43,747 nucleotides of DNA from Flavobacterium sp. (GCA_039933895.1 JBDTNG010000271.1:1-43747); one strand, 5' to 3'; shown: positions 28,114-38,388, numbered from the stretch's first letter. Notes: generated from the sequence alone by a model not told the origin. Translations and numbers: made by a program.

Positions 28114-30681
28114 TTAGAAAATAATTTTTCTGGTCACTACAAGACCATCTTCTAAAGTTACTTTTACAATCAATGTTTGGTTGTTTTTCATGATCGAAGT
28201 CACTATAGATTGACTGGCATTTACTTTTTCATTGGTAGCTAAAACCTGCCCCAAAACATTATAAACAATATACTTTTTAATGTTTTCTACTTTGGAATCC
28301 ATTTTAATTTCATTGTTTGATGGGTAAATGAATACGCCATTTTCAATGTTAGAAGGATCTTGAGTCTGTAAGGACGGATCAGCATAACGCAACACGAAAC
28401 GATCATTAAACACTCCTGCTTCAGAAGAAAAACTATATGGAGCATTTTTTAAATCATGAATTACATGTAAGGTTTTATCTTCTAGATAAACATGCTGTTC
28501 TCCTGCAAACACCCCATCCAAATGATCAATACTTAACGTTAATGCTCCCAGAATATTAACTTTAAAACCTAATGGAACAACATCCTGATCCGAAAAAGGT
28601 AGTGCTTTGGCTTGTATTGTATACGATTCATTATTGATCAAACTATACAACACAAACTGATCGGCACCGTAATACAATCCGTCATACCCAGGATTATAAT
28701 CGTTTGTTGCTCCTTCAATATAACCAACTAATGCTTGGCTAAAATTGGAATTATTTTGAGTCGTCAAATTAAGCCATATTCTATTTCTTTCTACAACACC
28801 TTCTTCTGCTTTGGATGCATTACTGGTTTTATAGAAATTAGTATTATTAGTTCCAAGTCTCATAGTATTTCTGAAATCTACATTCCCAGCAGCGACAGTG
28901 TGAATAAAAAATCCTTGTCCGGCTGCCATATATTGAGTTGGCGCAGTGGTATTACCGGTTCCAGTTGAAACCGCAGTACCTCCAGAAAGGTTATACGTTG
29001 CATAATCTGTTGCTGTATAATTATTCGCACTTATAGCATGATTGTGCGTCCAAAGATACAGTGTTCCTGAAATCGTTTTATTGATAGTTCCAGTTCCTAT
29101 AACGTTGGCATTAATAAATGCATTAGCGTCTAAAGTCGATGGATATGGATTCCCTAACAATCGATTGGCAATAGGCGGTCCTAAAATTACAGCTACAGTA
29201 ACATTTCCATTATTGGGAACTCCAACAAATTGATGAGCCAAAACAGTCGGCACACTAGGACTTAATCCTTGAGGTGCTCGAATGGCATATCCAATTCCTT
29301 TTGTAAAAGTAACTACGTTGGGATTAGGATATGCCCACGCATTATTATAGGTAAGGAATTTATCCGGAAGTGTGCTAGGTGAAAAATTAAATAAGGTTTG
29401 GGATCCTGTTGTTGGTGAAGACCAAAAAGTATAATCAAAGGAAACAATAGGAGTCGAATTTCTGGTATAAGTAATATTCCCAGAGTTTGCCACACTATTA
29501 ACCTGAATCAAACTTGCATTATTATTAAAATTCAATGACCCTCCAGATACATTTACAGCATCGGTTACGGTTAGTGTATGTCCGGCATTGAATACAACAT
29601 TACCTGAATTCACAGTACAACTACATCCTGATAAATTTCCTGGTGAAGAATAATTGCCATTAAAGACCAGGTTTTTAGCTATCGAAGGCGCAACACTCCA
29701 TGACACTCCATTCCAAATTGCCGAAGCAGATACTATGACAACACTACCCGATGCCACTGAAGTACAAGTGCCATTAGAAACTGTAAAAGTGTAAGTCCCA
29801 GCTGCAAGTCCAGAAATAGTTGTAGTGGTTCCTGTTCCGGTAGTTGTTGCGCTGGATGTACCACTTCTTGTTAGCGTCCATGTACCACTGGCAGGTAATC
29901 CGCTTAAGTCTACACTTCCTGTTGCTAATGCACATGTAGGTTGTGTAATAGTTCCGACAACTGGCGCTGATGGCAATGGATTTACAGTAGCTACTACTGA
30001 TGTTCTTGGTGTGGTAAATCCACTTGAATTATAATACGCCTCTACATAATAAGTTGTTGTTGAAGCAATAACCGGAGTCACATAAGGATTTGCGCTTGAA
30101 AAAGAAACCCCCCCACTAGGAACAGTATACCATTTAATGGCCGCACCACTCGCTGGAATGGGTATTGCCGTTAAAGTAAAACTTCCTGAACCACAAACGG
30201 CAGTTGGTGAAACCTTAGCTGTAACAATATTATATCCTCCTTGATCTAACAATTGTTCAAAGCTATAATCGGCTCCTGGACCATTACCGTTGCAACTTGC
30301 TAATAAATCGGTTCCAATATAAATTCTTTCTGAAGCATTACAAGAACCTCCAATAAGACCAGCACCTGGCATAAAAATAAGAGAAGAACCAGTAGCAAGT
30401 GTCAAATAGCTGTTTCCAGGTGAAAAATCTAAAGAAGCTGCATTTCTAACAATCAGTTGTATGGGACCCAGACAGGTTAAGTTTAATGAAGCGTCCATGT
30501 TAAGTACCATAGCGGCTGATCCATCCCCTATGTATACAATTCCTCCGCACCCACTTAATGGAGCGACTCCGCAAGTTAAAGCACTTGAATTTATTGATGA
30601 TGTAATGGAACATTGTGCAACTAGATTTTCGGAAAAACCTATTGACAACAATAGCGAAAATAATAGTAATTTTGATCTCAT
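28114..30681 (-). CDS. T9SS-secreted modular surface protein (Ig-like modules; C-terminal domain possibly of ChiA/type C)
   Basis: Signal peptide; WYT...TTTYYVEA Ig-like module; QPTC repeat; FWSSP, LLGNPYPS and GQGFF motifs; C-terminus LIVKVTLEDG...RKIIF. Confidence 0.85.
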   Translation of the reverse strand: MRSKLLLFSLLLSIGFSENLVAQCSITSSINSSALTCGVAPLSGCGGIVYIGDGSAAMVLNMDASLNLTCLGPIQLIVRNAASLDFSPGNSYLTLATGSSLIFMPGAGLIGGSCNASERIYIGTDLLASCNGNGPGADYSFEQLLDQGGYNIVTAKVSPTAVCGSGSFTLTAIPIPASGAAIKWYTVPSGGVSFSSANPYVTPVIASTTTYYVEAYYNSSGFTTPRTSVVATVNPLPSAPVVGTITQPTCALATGSVDLSGLPASGTWTLTRSGTSSATTTGTGTTTTISGLAAGTYTFTVSNGTCTSVASGSVVIVSASAIWNGVSWSVAPSIAKNLVFNGNYSSPGNLSGCSCTVNSGNVVFNAGHTLTVTDAVNVSGGSLNFNNNASLIQVNSVANSGNITYTRNSTPIVSFDYTFWSSPTTGSQTLFNFSPSTLPDKFLTYNNAWAYPNPNVVTFTKGIGYAIRAPQGLSPSVPTVLAHQFVGVPNNGNVTVAVILGPPIANRLLGNPYPSTLDANAFINANVIGTGTINKTISGTLYLWTHNHAISANNYTATDYATYNLSGGTAVSTGTGNTTAPTQYMAAGQGFFIHTVAAGNVDFRNTMRLGTNNTNFYKTSNASKAEEGVVERNRIWLNLTTQNNSNFSQALVGYIEGATNDYNPGYDGLYYGADQFVLYSLINNESYTIQAKALPFSDQDVVPLGFKVNILGALTLSIDHLDGVFAGEQHVYLEDKTLHVIHDLKNAPYSFSSEAGVFNDRFVLRYADPSLQTQDPSNIENGVFIYPSNNEIKMDSKVENIKKYIVYNVLGQVLATNEKVNASQSIVTSIMKNNQTLIVKVTLEDGLVVTRKIIF

Positions 30682-30912
30682 AATATCTTGTTTTTAAGTG
30701 AATTTTTCAATTAAAAAAAAATACAATCGATCTTTGGGAAGTGAAGAACGTAAAAATAAAAACACGTAATAAAACGTGATTATCTTTTTTGGAAATTATT
30801 AATTTCGCGGTATCTGATTCAAAAATACAATATTAAATCAAAAAAATATTATGCTGTGACGAATTCTAGTTCAAGTGCAATGTTTTGACGTTAACCAGCA
30901 ATTATTTAAAAC

Positions 30913-30942
30913 AAAAACCCGTTCGATGTGAACGGGTTTTTT
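30913..30942. terminator. Rho-independent terminator
   Basis: aaaaacccgttc-gatgt-gaacgggttttt. Confidence 0.88.
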
Positions 30943-30959
30943 GTTTCTGATCTAAAAAT

Positions 30960-33900
30960 TTAGAACATAATTTTTCTGGTTATTACATAACCATTTTCTA
31001 AAGTTACTTTTACAATCAAAGCTTGGTTGTTCTTCAAAATAGAAGTTACCACTGATTGGTTCGCATTTAATTTGTCTTTGGTTGCTAGAACCTGACCTAG
31101 GACATTGTAAACAACATAACCTTTAATATTCTCTTCTTTTGAACCAATTTTTATTTCATTGTTTGACGGATAAACTGCTACACCATTTTCAATACTAGAA
31201 AAATCTTGAGTCTGTAAAGCCTGATCTCCGTAACGCAATACAAAACGATCATTTATGATTCCTTGATTTGTGGTAAACATATATGGAGCAACCGTAATAT
31301 CATTGATAGTATTCATCAGTTTATCTTCAATATATATTTTTTGTGACGTTGTTTTAAACAATCCGTCAACAGCAGCGATAGCAATAGTATACGTTCCATT
31401 TGTAGGTACTTTAATTCCCATTGGTACAATATCATTAGCATCGAATGGCAAACTTCTCCCTTGAATAGTCATCGGATCATTACTGATAAGTGAATAGAAA
31501 TTTTGATTGTTTTTATAATCTGCGAAAGCATCAAACAATCTGTCTCTTCCAGCAGTTGCGCCTTCAACATAAGCAACCAAAGTTCTTGTTGTTTCTCCTG
31601 TAGCAGAAACCAAATCCATCCAAATTCTATGGTGCTCCAAATCTGTATCTAAATTCTGAGAATCATTTTGAAGATTTGAAGATTTATAAAACTGACTGTT
31701 TGAGAACGCTGTATTTCGCATCGCATTATTAAATGTAACCGAACTTGTAGTGGCTGCACCTGGGTTCATCAATACAAAAAATCCTTGTCCTGCTCCAATT
31801 ACACTCAATACACCAGGACCACTTGTGGCTCCAGCTCCATTAACAGCAATATAATCTGAGGCTGTATAATTAGAAGTGAAATTACCATAATACGGATTTG
31901 AAGTGCCTGCATTTGGCAATGTACCATGTGTCCAAAGTCTCACAAATCCATCAATCTCTGAATTGGCAGCTAAGAAAGCACCAATTCCTATCGCTGAAGG
32001 ATATGGATTTCCTAGTAAGTTCCAATTATCATCTGTTGTTGTTCTTAAAACGCCGTTTGGACCATTACTTCCTGCTCCTAAATCACTTCCGCGACTTATG
32101 GCTGGTGTTACTACACCATTATTAGGTACTCCTGTAAAATTAGCAGTATATGGTGTTGTACTAGAATTACTATATCCGTTAGGGGCTCTCACAATATATC
32201 CTTCACCTAAATTCATATTTCCTAATCCACTCTCCCAATATCCTTGTCCTCCATTTGAATTGACAACTGTTGGGTTCCATTTCCAAATTGCATTAGATGG
32301 TGTACTTGGTGAAACATTCGCTACAGCAAAACCTGCTACTGGTGATGACCAATACACATAATCCTGTAGTTTAACGTTCGTCGTACGGTGCATCACGATG
32401 TTCCCTGTATTTACGCCTGTATCATTAACTTGAACTAACGATCCATTATTTTGAATATCTAAAGTTCCACCAACCGTTACGGTTACATTATTTTGAACAT
32501 TAAGATACATTCCATCTGTAATGGTGGCCGTAAATCCTGTATTAACAAACAAACTATTTGCATCAATATTTCCATTCGTTGTTGTATTATAGTTTCCGTT
32601 AATTACACCAACTGTATTTAATGTTGGCACTCCATTTGACCAAGCTGAACCATTCCAAACTGTCGCACAAAATACTTCCAGATCATCAAATCTCCATGGT
32701 GAGGTAGTCGCTGACGTTTTAACGAAGCGAATCCAAACATTAGGATAAATAGTATAAGCCGACAAATCAACAACATATTGGTTGTAAGAAGCTGAAGGTA
32801 CATTCGAATGATCATATGTTGCAATAGCTGCAAAACCTGTTGTTTGTGATGTTGTTGAAATTTCAACTGTAAGTGTTTTTGCCGAAGCATTCCCAGATCT
32901 TCCTAAGTAAAAACGAAGTTGCGTCGGATTGGTAACCATACTTGTAGTCAAAGATCCATTGTTTGAAGCAAATGTTGCTGCAGCAGGTCCTGTATTATAA
33001 TCTCCTACGGTAGTACTTCTCGTAACGCTAGTTGCTAACCATCCTGCTGGAGGAAAAGTAACTGAGGTGAAACTATCATTTAAACATGGAGGAACGGTAA
33101 CCACTTGATTTTGATTTACATCCACAGCTGCCGCATAATTCCCATTTCCTGTTTGAGAGGCTGTAATAATTGCTGTTCCAACACCTACAATTGTTACTGT
33201 GTTTCCAGCAACTGTTGCAACTGCTGGGTTTGAGCTCACATATGTAACAGTCAAACCTGAACTGGCTGTTGCGGTAAGGTTAAAATTGGCCGCTCCTGTA
33301 TATTGATTAACTAGTGGATTAAAAGTAATGGTTTGAGAAGCCTGAGTAATATCGGCAGCTAAACCTGTTGGCTGTGTCAGACTATAATTGCTTGAATCTG
33401 CACCAGAAATCGTACTTGTTGAGGTAACTGCAATAGCCGTTCCTGCATTTGCAGTAGCGAATGTTCCTGATGGCGTAATATTAACAACATCCGGAGCAAT
33501 AACACCTACTAATGTAGCGCCAGTGATCGTAGCCACAGTCGTTCCATTGTATACTTTATTATTGGCAACAGCACCTGAAACCGTTAATGGTTTTGCAGTG
33601 ATATTAGCTGTGAATCCTGTAGGTTGGCTTACTGTATAATTAGCAGCTTGTGCTCCAGAAAGTGTGTATCCAGAAACTGTAACTGGTTTTGCCACTCCTA
33701 CAATCACTGTAGCGAAAGTAGGCAATGGTGTTCCCGAAACGGTCACATCATCTGAGCCAACAATACCTACCAAAGTAGCTGTTCCTGATAAAGTAGCAGT
33801 AAGTGTTCTATCATACACCTTGTTATCAGCTGTTAATCCTGTTATTGTTAAGTTTTTGGCAGTAATGGTCAATACTAATGTTTTCGTATCAGTAGTTCCA

Positions 33901-35897
33901 TTCGTTGCCGATATATCGATATTATACGTACCAACACCCACTGTAGGTGTTCCAGATATAATTCCAGTATTTGTATCTACCGTTAATCCTGCTGGCAATC
34001 CTACTGCATTATAGCTTGTTGGAGAACCAGAAGCAGTAATGGTATAAGAATAAGCACTCCCATAAACTGACGAAGAGGTTAAACTACTTGTAACAACTAC
34101 TGCTGATGCTGTAGTAGTACAATTTGTTGAAGGAATAACGCCTCCAGTATAGTAATTAATTGCTTGTGGTACACTCAAATAATCATCCCAAGGAATTAAT
34201 GTAAAATAATAATTTGTTCCCGGTGTAAGTCCTGTTACCGAAAAAGTAGTGTCAGTTCCTAGCAATGAAGTACTTCCAGCAACCGTTGCATCTCCAAAAA
34301 CAGTTCCAGGTGTGTGATAAGCACCATCTGTTGGAACTCCTGTTGGAACTGAACCAATTTTTTGTAATATTATGTAAGCCCTACCATTGGTAATGGTATT
34401 GGCAGCCGAAAAAGTAAGATCTATTTGAGTACTTGAAACAGTATTACAAGTAAAACTTGCTGCATGTGCTGTTGGCTCTAAACTCAAAGTGTAAAAAGTT
34501 GTACTAACTGGAGATGCTGTATTATAACAATTTGTTGCACTGTTATACTCGTATGCTGTAACCGTATATTGTGTACCAGGTGTTAAACCAGTTATTGGTC
34601 CCACAGTAGTTCCTGCAGCACTAAAAATCACTCTGTTATTTGCATCTATTTGTCCGGCTAAAGCCCAAGCCAAGTTCGCTGTATAAGGTGTGCCACTTGA
34701 AGGTAAAGTATTTGCTGATGCTGTAGGACGAACCACAATCATAGTTCCAGTACCGTTCCCAGCTGTCCAGTTTACATTACAACCATCAGTAGTTATTATG
34801 TTTGTTGAGATTGCTGAAGCTTGTGTTGATGGTGGTGTACAAGCTGTAGACAACCATTGTGCGTATAAAGTTGTATTTGCAGCAATGTTAAAAGTGTTTC
34901 CTGCCACATAAGATGTACCTGAACCATTCGCTAAAGTATTCCACCCATTAAATGAATAACCTGTTTTCGTCAAACTATTTACATTGCCAAGAACCGTAAC
35001 CGTTGCACCTGAGTTGTATGGACTACTAGCATCAACCGGAACAGTTCCTCCATCATTGGTATTACCGTTGTAAGTCACTGAATAGGTTATTGGAATAGCA
35101 TTATAAATCTTAACGTCATCCACAAAAACATTTGCAACATTAGCCGTACTGCTAATCCCAATAAAAGTAGTAGAGTTAATGGCTGTATTATTAGGCAATG
35201 CAGCCTTAGGCAAATCATCCCCCACCAAAGTTCCATTTATAAAGAGATCAAAAGTATTTATTGCAACCGTATTAACAGTAACCCCATAGTTATAATTGAT
35301 TGTACCAGTTGCCTTATTGTTAGCAAAAATTTCAACAGTATAAACTGTTCCTTGATTCAATGAAGTCGTTGTTAACCCTGTTGTGTTCCATGCAGCACCA
35401 TTTCTGTTCAGTATTGAAACTACTCCTGCACCATAAGTAAAACGCAATCCTGTAAAAACCTGAGCTCCAGCAAAGTCATTAGCATCAGAATACATTGCAC
35501 CATTTCCTTGATAAAATGACCAAATTCCCGACGCAGCAGTTGTTCCTGCAGAAGCATCTCCGAAAAGCACTTTAAAAGAGGTATAAAATTCTGTTCCAGA
35601 GGTATAACCAACAGCTGGAGAGAATTTCGATACTGATGTACTAGTTGAAGATACTGCTCTAACATAAGCTCCAGTAGTCCCCAAAGGATTAGATGCTGTT
35701 ACTAGATTTATTGGTGCATTAGGAACAGTAACTCCTCCTCTTGCCCAAGTTGTCCCAGATGTTGGATTGGGAATAAATGCTGTACTCCCTGTACCTGAAG
35801 TATGAGAACCTGTGCCTGCTCCAAAATTTTGAACAGAGGTCTGACCCCAGCTCATCACACTAAACAACAGTGAAAAAATAAGTAATTTAATCTTCAT
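30960..35897 (-). CDS. Large T9SS-secreted adhesin-like protein (InlB B-repeat, two FN3-like, Ig, two YDG-type and Big-like modules)
   Basis: KTGYSFNGWNT...TLYAQW; two GLTPGT.Y; GLPAGL...GIISGTP; NKVYD and NKVYNG; YWSSP, LLGNPYPS, GQGFF; C-terminus ...RKIMF. Confidence 0.88.
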   Translation of the reverse strand: MKIKLLIFSLLFSVMSWGQTSVQNFGAGTGSHTSGTGSTAFIPNPTSGTTWARGGVTVPNAPINLVTASNPLGTTGAYVRAVSSTSTSVSKFSPAVGYTSGTEFYTSFKVLFGDASAGTTAASGIWSFYQGNGAMYSDANDFAGAQVFTGLRFTYGAGVVSILNRNGAAWNTTGLTTTSLNQGTVYTVEIFANNKATGTINYNYGVTVNTVAINTFDLFINGTLVGDDLPKAALPNNTAINSTTFIGISSTANVANVFVDDVKIYNAIPITYSVTYNGNTNDGGTVPVDASSPYNSGATVTVLGNVNSLTKTGYSFNGWNTLANGSGTSYVAGNTFNIAANTTLYAQWLSTACTPPSTQASAISTNIITTDGCNVNWTAGNGTGTMIVVRPTASANTLPSSGTPYTANLAWALAGQIDANNRVIFSAAGTTVGPITGLTPGTQYTVTAYEYNSATNCYNTASPVSTTFYTLSLEPTAHAASFTCNTVSSTQIDLTFSAANTITNGRAYIILQKIGSVPTGVPTDGAYHTPGTVFGDATVAGSTSLLGTDTTFSVTGLTPGTNYYFTLIPWDDYLSVPQAINYYTGGVIPSTNCTTTASAVVVTSSLTSSSVYGSAYSYTITASGSPTSYNAVGLPAGLTVDTNTGIISGTPTVGVGTYNIDISATNGTTDTKTLVLTITAKNLTITGLTADNKVYDRTLTATLSGTATLVGIVGSDDVTVSGTPLPTFATVIVGVAKPVTVSGYTLSGAQAANYTVSQPTGFTANITAKPLTVSGAVANNKVYNGTTVATITGATLVGVIAPDVVNITPSGTFATANAGTAIAVTSTSTISGADSSNYSLTQPTGLAADITQASQTITFNPLVNQYTGAANFNLTATASSGLTVTYVSSNPAVATVAGNTVTIVGVGTAIITASQTGNGNYAAAVDVNQNQVVTVPPCLNDSFTSVTFPPAGWLATSVTRSTTVGDYNTGPAAATFASNNGSLTTSMVTNPTQLRFYLGRSGNASAKTLTVEISTTSQTTGFAAIATYDHSNVPSASYNQYVVDLSAYTIYPNVWIRFVKTSATTSPWRFDDLEVFCATVWNGSAWSNGVPTLNTVGVINGNYNTTTNGNIDANSLFVNTGFTATITDGMYLNVQNNVTVTVGGTLDIQNNGSLVQVNDTGVNTGNIVMHRTTNVKLQDYVYWSSPVAGFAVANVSPSTPSNAIWKWNPTVVNSNGGQGYWESGLGNMNLGEGYIVRAPNGYSNSSTTPYTANFTGVPNNGVVTPAISRGSDLGAGSNGPNGVLRTTTDDNWNLLGNPYPSAIGIGAFLAANSEIDGFVRLWTHGTLPNAGTSNPYYGNFTSNYTASDYIAVNGAGATSGPGVLSVIGAGQGFFVLMNPGAATTSSVTFNNAMRNTAFSNSQFYKSSNLQNDSQNLDTDLEHHRIWMDLVSATGETTRTLVAYVEGATAGRDRLFDAFADYKNNQNFYSLISNDPMTIQGRSLPFDANDIVPMGIKVPTNGTYTIAIAAVDGLFKTTSQKIYIEDKLMNTINDITVAPYMFTTNQGIINDRFVLRYGDQALQTQDFSSIENGVAVYPSNNEIKIGSKEENIKGYVVYNVLGQVLATKDKLNANQSVVTSILKNNQALIVKVTLENGYVITRKIMF

Positions 35898-36222
35898 AAA
35901 ATTCGGTTTTATTTATATCCCCCTCATGAATTTCAATGACTTAAAATTTAAAAAGGGACGCAAATATATGGGAAAGTTATATCAAACGTTAAAATTTAAC
36001 TAAAATAATTGTTATCTTATCGTTAATATTAGTCTTTGGTCGATTTTATTTTTAATATCTATATGGAATTTCTTACGTGTGGTTAAAAGGAAACCTGATT
36101 CTAAATAAATCAGCATACTATATTTCTTATCAAATTCAGAATTTTAGGCTAATTGTCGTATTTTTGTTTTGTCAGTTTATCCCGATATTTAGGATGTTGA
36201 AGATTATTTCCCAAAAATTCTT

Positions 36223-36702
36223 ATGCAAAAAAATACTTTTACCGTGGCGGAAGCCGTACAAAAATTAGAGTACTATTGCAGTTATCAGGAACGATGTCAT
36301 CATGAGGTGGAGGAGAAATTGAAAACCCTAAGAATGACCTCTTCAGAAATCGATGAAATCATCGTGCATCTAATCAACAACGATTTCCTGAATGAAGAGC
36401 GTTTCGCCTGTAGTTTTGCTCGTGGAAAACATAACATCAAACATTGGGGCAAAATCAGAATCGTAAACGAGTTGAAATTTCGAAGCATTTCCAAATACAA
36501 TATCGACAAAGCACTGCAGGAAATTCCACCAACTGTTTACCTCGAAAAATTCCATTGGCTGGCCGAAAGAAATTGGGAATCCATAAAAGAAACCAATCTG
36601 ACTAAAAAGAAGAAAAAGTTTTGCGATTTTCTACTTCGAAAGGGTTGGGAAAGTAATTTGGTTTTTGAAAAAATGAAAGAGCTAAGCAATCCCTCTGACT
36701 AA
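36223..36702 (+). CDS. recX: Regulatory protein RecX
   Basis: YCSYQERCHHEV, FLNEERFA, WGKIRI...LKFRSI and FLLRKGWE motifs. Confidence 0.93.
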   Translation: MQKNTFTVAEAVQKLEYYCSYQERCHHEVEEKLKTLRMTSSEIDEIIVHLINNDFLNEERFACSFARGKHNIKHWGKIRIVNELKFRSISKYNIDKALQEIPPTVYLEKFHWLAERNWESIKETNLTKKKKKFCDFLLRKGWESNLVFEKMKELSNPSD

Positions 36703-36950
36703 AAATACAATAGCAATAAAAATGGTATTCTGCATTTAACTACAAAAATTAAGATGGCACAATAAACATATACATCCTTTATTGACTACATCAACAACCT
36801 GACATTCGATTATGTTGAAACCTATTCTTTGCAACGGGGAACTGAATAATTTTCAACTATAATAGGATTTATTTAATAACCTTGATAGTTATTTAGGACG
36901 GGTCAAATTCTGCTTTACTAGGAGGTTATAGCGTACTTACTCCATAGATG

Positions 36951-36994
36951 CGCCGTACATACGCCGTACATTAGTCATGGATGAGTCATGGATG
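36951..36994. repeat. Two adjacent tandem duplications with 11-bp period
   Basis: cgccgtacat-a-cgccgtacat-t-agtcatggatg-agtcatggatg. Confidence 0.8.
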
Positions 36995-37033
36995 CCATAC
37001 TAAAAAATAAGTCTTCTTAGTTTCTTAAAAAGT

Positions 37034-38182
37034 TTAAAGTTTGCTGCTTAAAAGTACACTCACCGCATTACCACCAAAACCAACAGCGTTTATCAATACC
37101 TTTCTAATGGCTTTTCGTTCTTGCTGCTCAGCTGCAAAAGGTACCTTGATAAACTTTTGATGTTGCAGCATCATAACAGCCAATTCAATACTTAATATTC
37201 CTGAAGAACCAAAAGTATGGCCTATTTTCCATTTGTTGGTCGTTAACATCGGAAGCTCAGTGCCGAATACTTTTTGTATCGCTTTGTATTCTGACAAATC
37301 CCCTTTTATGGTTCCTGGAGCGTGCATTACAATGACATCCACTTCAGATAAAGGAGTATTTTCCAAAGCCATCTTCATCGATTTCTGAAAGCATTCCGCT
37401 TCCGTAGAAATAGAAATATTGTGCTCTAAAATATCAGTAGCATAACCAATGCCTTCAATATAAGCCAAAGCATTTTCTTTTTCTCCCATTTCCAAACAAG
37501 CCATAGCCGCACCTTCTCCCAATATCATAGCGTTTTGTTTTTTCTCCAAATCGAAAGAACGACATTCAGGGCTTTTGGCATAAATCTTCAAAGCCTGCAT
37601 TTGAGCAATCGTAAAAGCTGTCAAAGGCGCTTCACTTCCACCCACTAAGAACTTATCTACCATTCCGGCACGAAGCCAGGCGATTCCATTTAAGATGGCA
37701 TGTAATGCTGTCGAACAAGTTATGGAATGGGAAACTTCTGGTCCTACTGCTTTCAAATCATGGGCAATCCAAGAGGAAATATTCCCTAATGTGGTAGTAG
37801 GCGAAGCCAATGTGGCGGTTTTTCCGGTTTGAACAAATTCCTGATGGTGTTTCTCAAACAATTCGGTGGCACCACGCGAAGAACCCACATTGATCCCGAA
37901 AACAGCATCCTCCGACCAACCTGCCTTTTTTATGGCTTCCCTTGAAGCTAAAATACCATACAGAACAGAATTGTCTAATGCTTTATATTTGGTTTCAGAA
38001 GTGCGCAACTGCGCCACCATTTCCTGCAACTCATTCGGAATTGTGGCAACCGGAACAGTTTGATTGCCTATTTGTTTTTCCGTAATCCTCGACGTTTCTT
38101 TCAGGTATTCGGCCCAAATCAATTCAGGTTTATTTCCTAAAGAAGAGAACGACGACAAGGCAGTAATGGCGATTGGTTTCAA
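37034..38182 (-). CDS. FabF/FabB-type beta-ketoacyl synthase, biotin-cluster associated
   Basis: Cys156 (SITCST), His287 (MHAPGT) and His322 (KWKIGH); GGSEA, LGEGAA and GFGG motifs; TTG start. Confidence 0.92.
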   Translation of the reverse strand: MKPIAITALSSFSSLGNKPELIWAEYLKETSRITEKQIGNQTVPVATIPNELQEMVAQLRTSETKYKALDNSVLYGILASREAIKKAGWSEDAVFGINVGSSRGATELFEKHHQEFVQTGKTATLASPTTTLGNISSWIAHDLKAVGPEVSHSITCSTALHAILNGIAWLRAGMVDKFLVGGSEAPLTAFTIAQMQALKIYAKSPECRSFDLEKKQNAMILGEGAAMACLEMGEKENALAYIEGIGYATDILEHNISISTEAECFQKSMKMALENTPLSEVDVIVMHAPGTIKGDLSEYKAIQKVFGTELPMLTTNKWKIGHTFGSSGILSIELAVMMLQHQKFIKVPFAAEQQERKAIRKVLINAVGFGGNAVSVLLSSKL

Positions 38183-38280
38183 AGTCTTTTTTTATTTAGT
38201 ACAAAGGTCGCAAAGTTTTCCAAATAGTTTGCTTTTTTAGCAAACAGATGGAACAGATTTTGTGAGTTTTCAGCATATTC

Positions 38281-38384
38281 TAGCCCCGATAGTAGTGAAA
38301 ATCCTTTTTATTTTTGTCATTGCGAGGAAGTATGACGAAGCAATCTAAAATAAAAAGATTGTAACGAATAGCGGGAATAGCTCC
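38281..38384 (+). ncRNA. Structured element resembling the Flavo-1 RNA motif, copy A, with REP-like insert
   Basis: tagccccgatag...atcctttt...aaaagat...gcgggaatagctcc; homologous to 42504-42605 with a compensatory change. The family name is from recall. Confidence 0.6.
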
Positions 38385-38388
38385 AAAA

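Noticed and set aside
37034-38182. KAS as housekeeping fabF or part of a PKS/flexirubin cluster
   Set aside because: No adjacent acp, fabG, dehydratase or chain-length-factor genes, and motifs diverge from canonical FabF, so no gene symbol was assigned.
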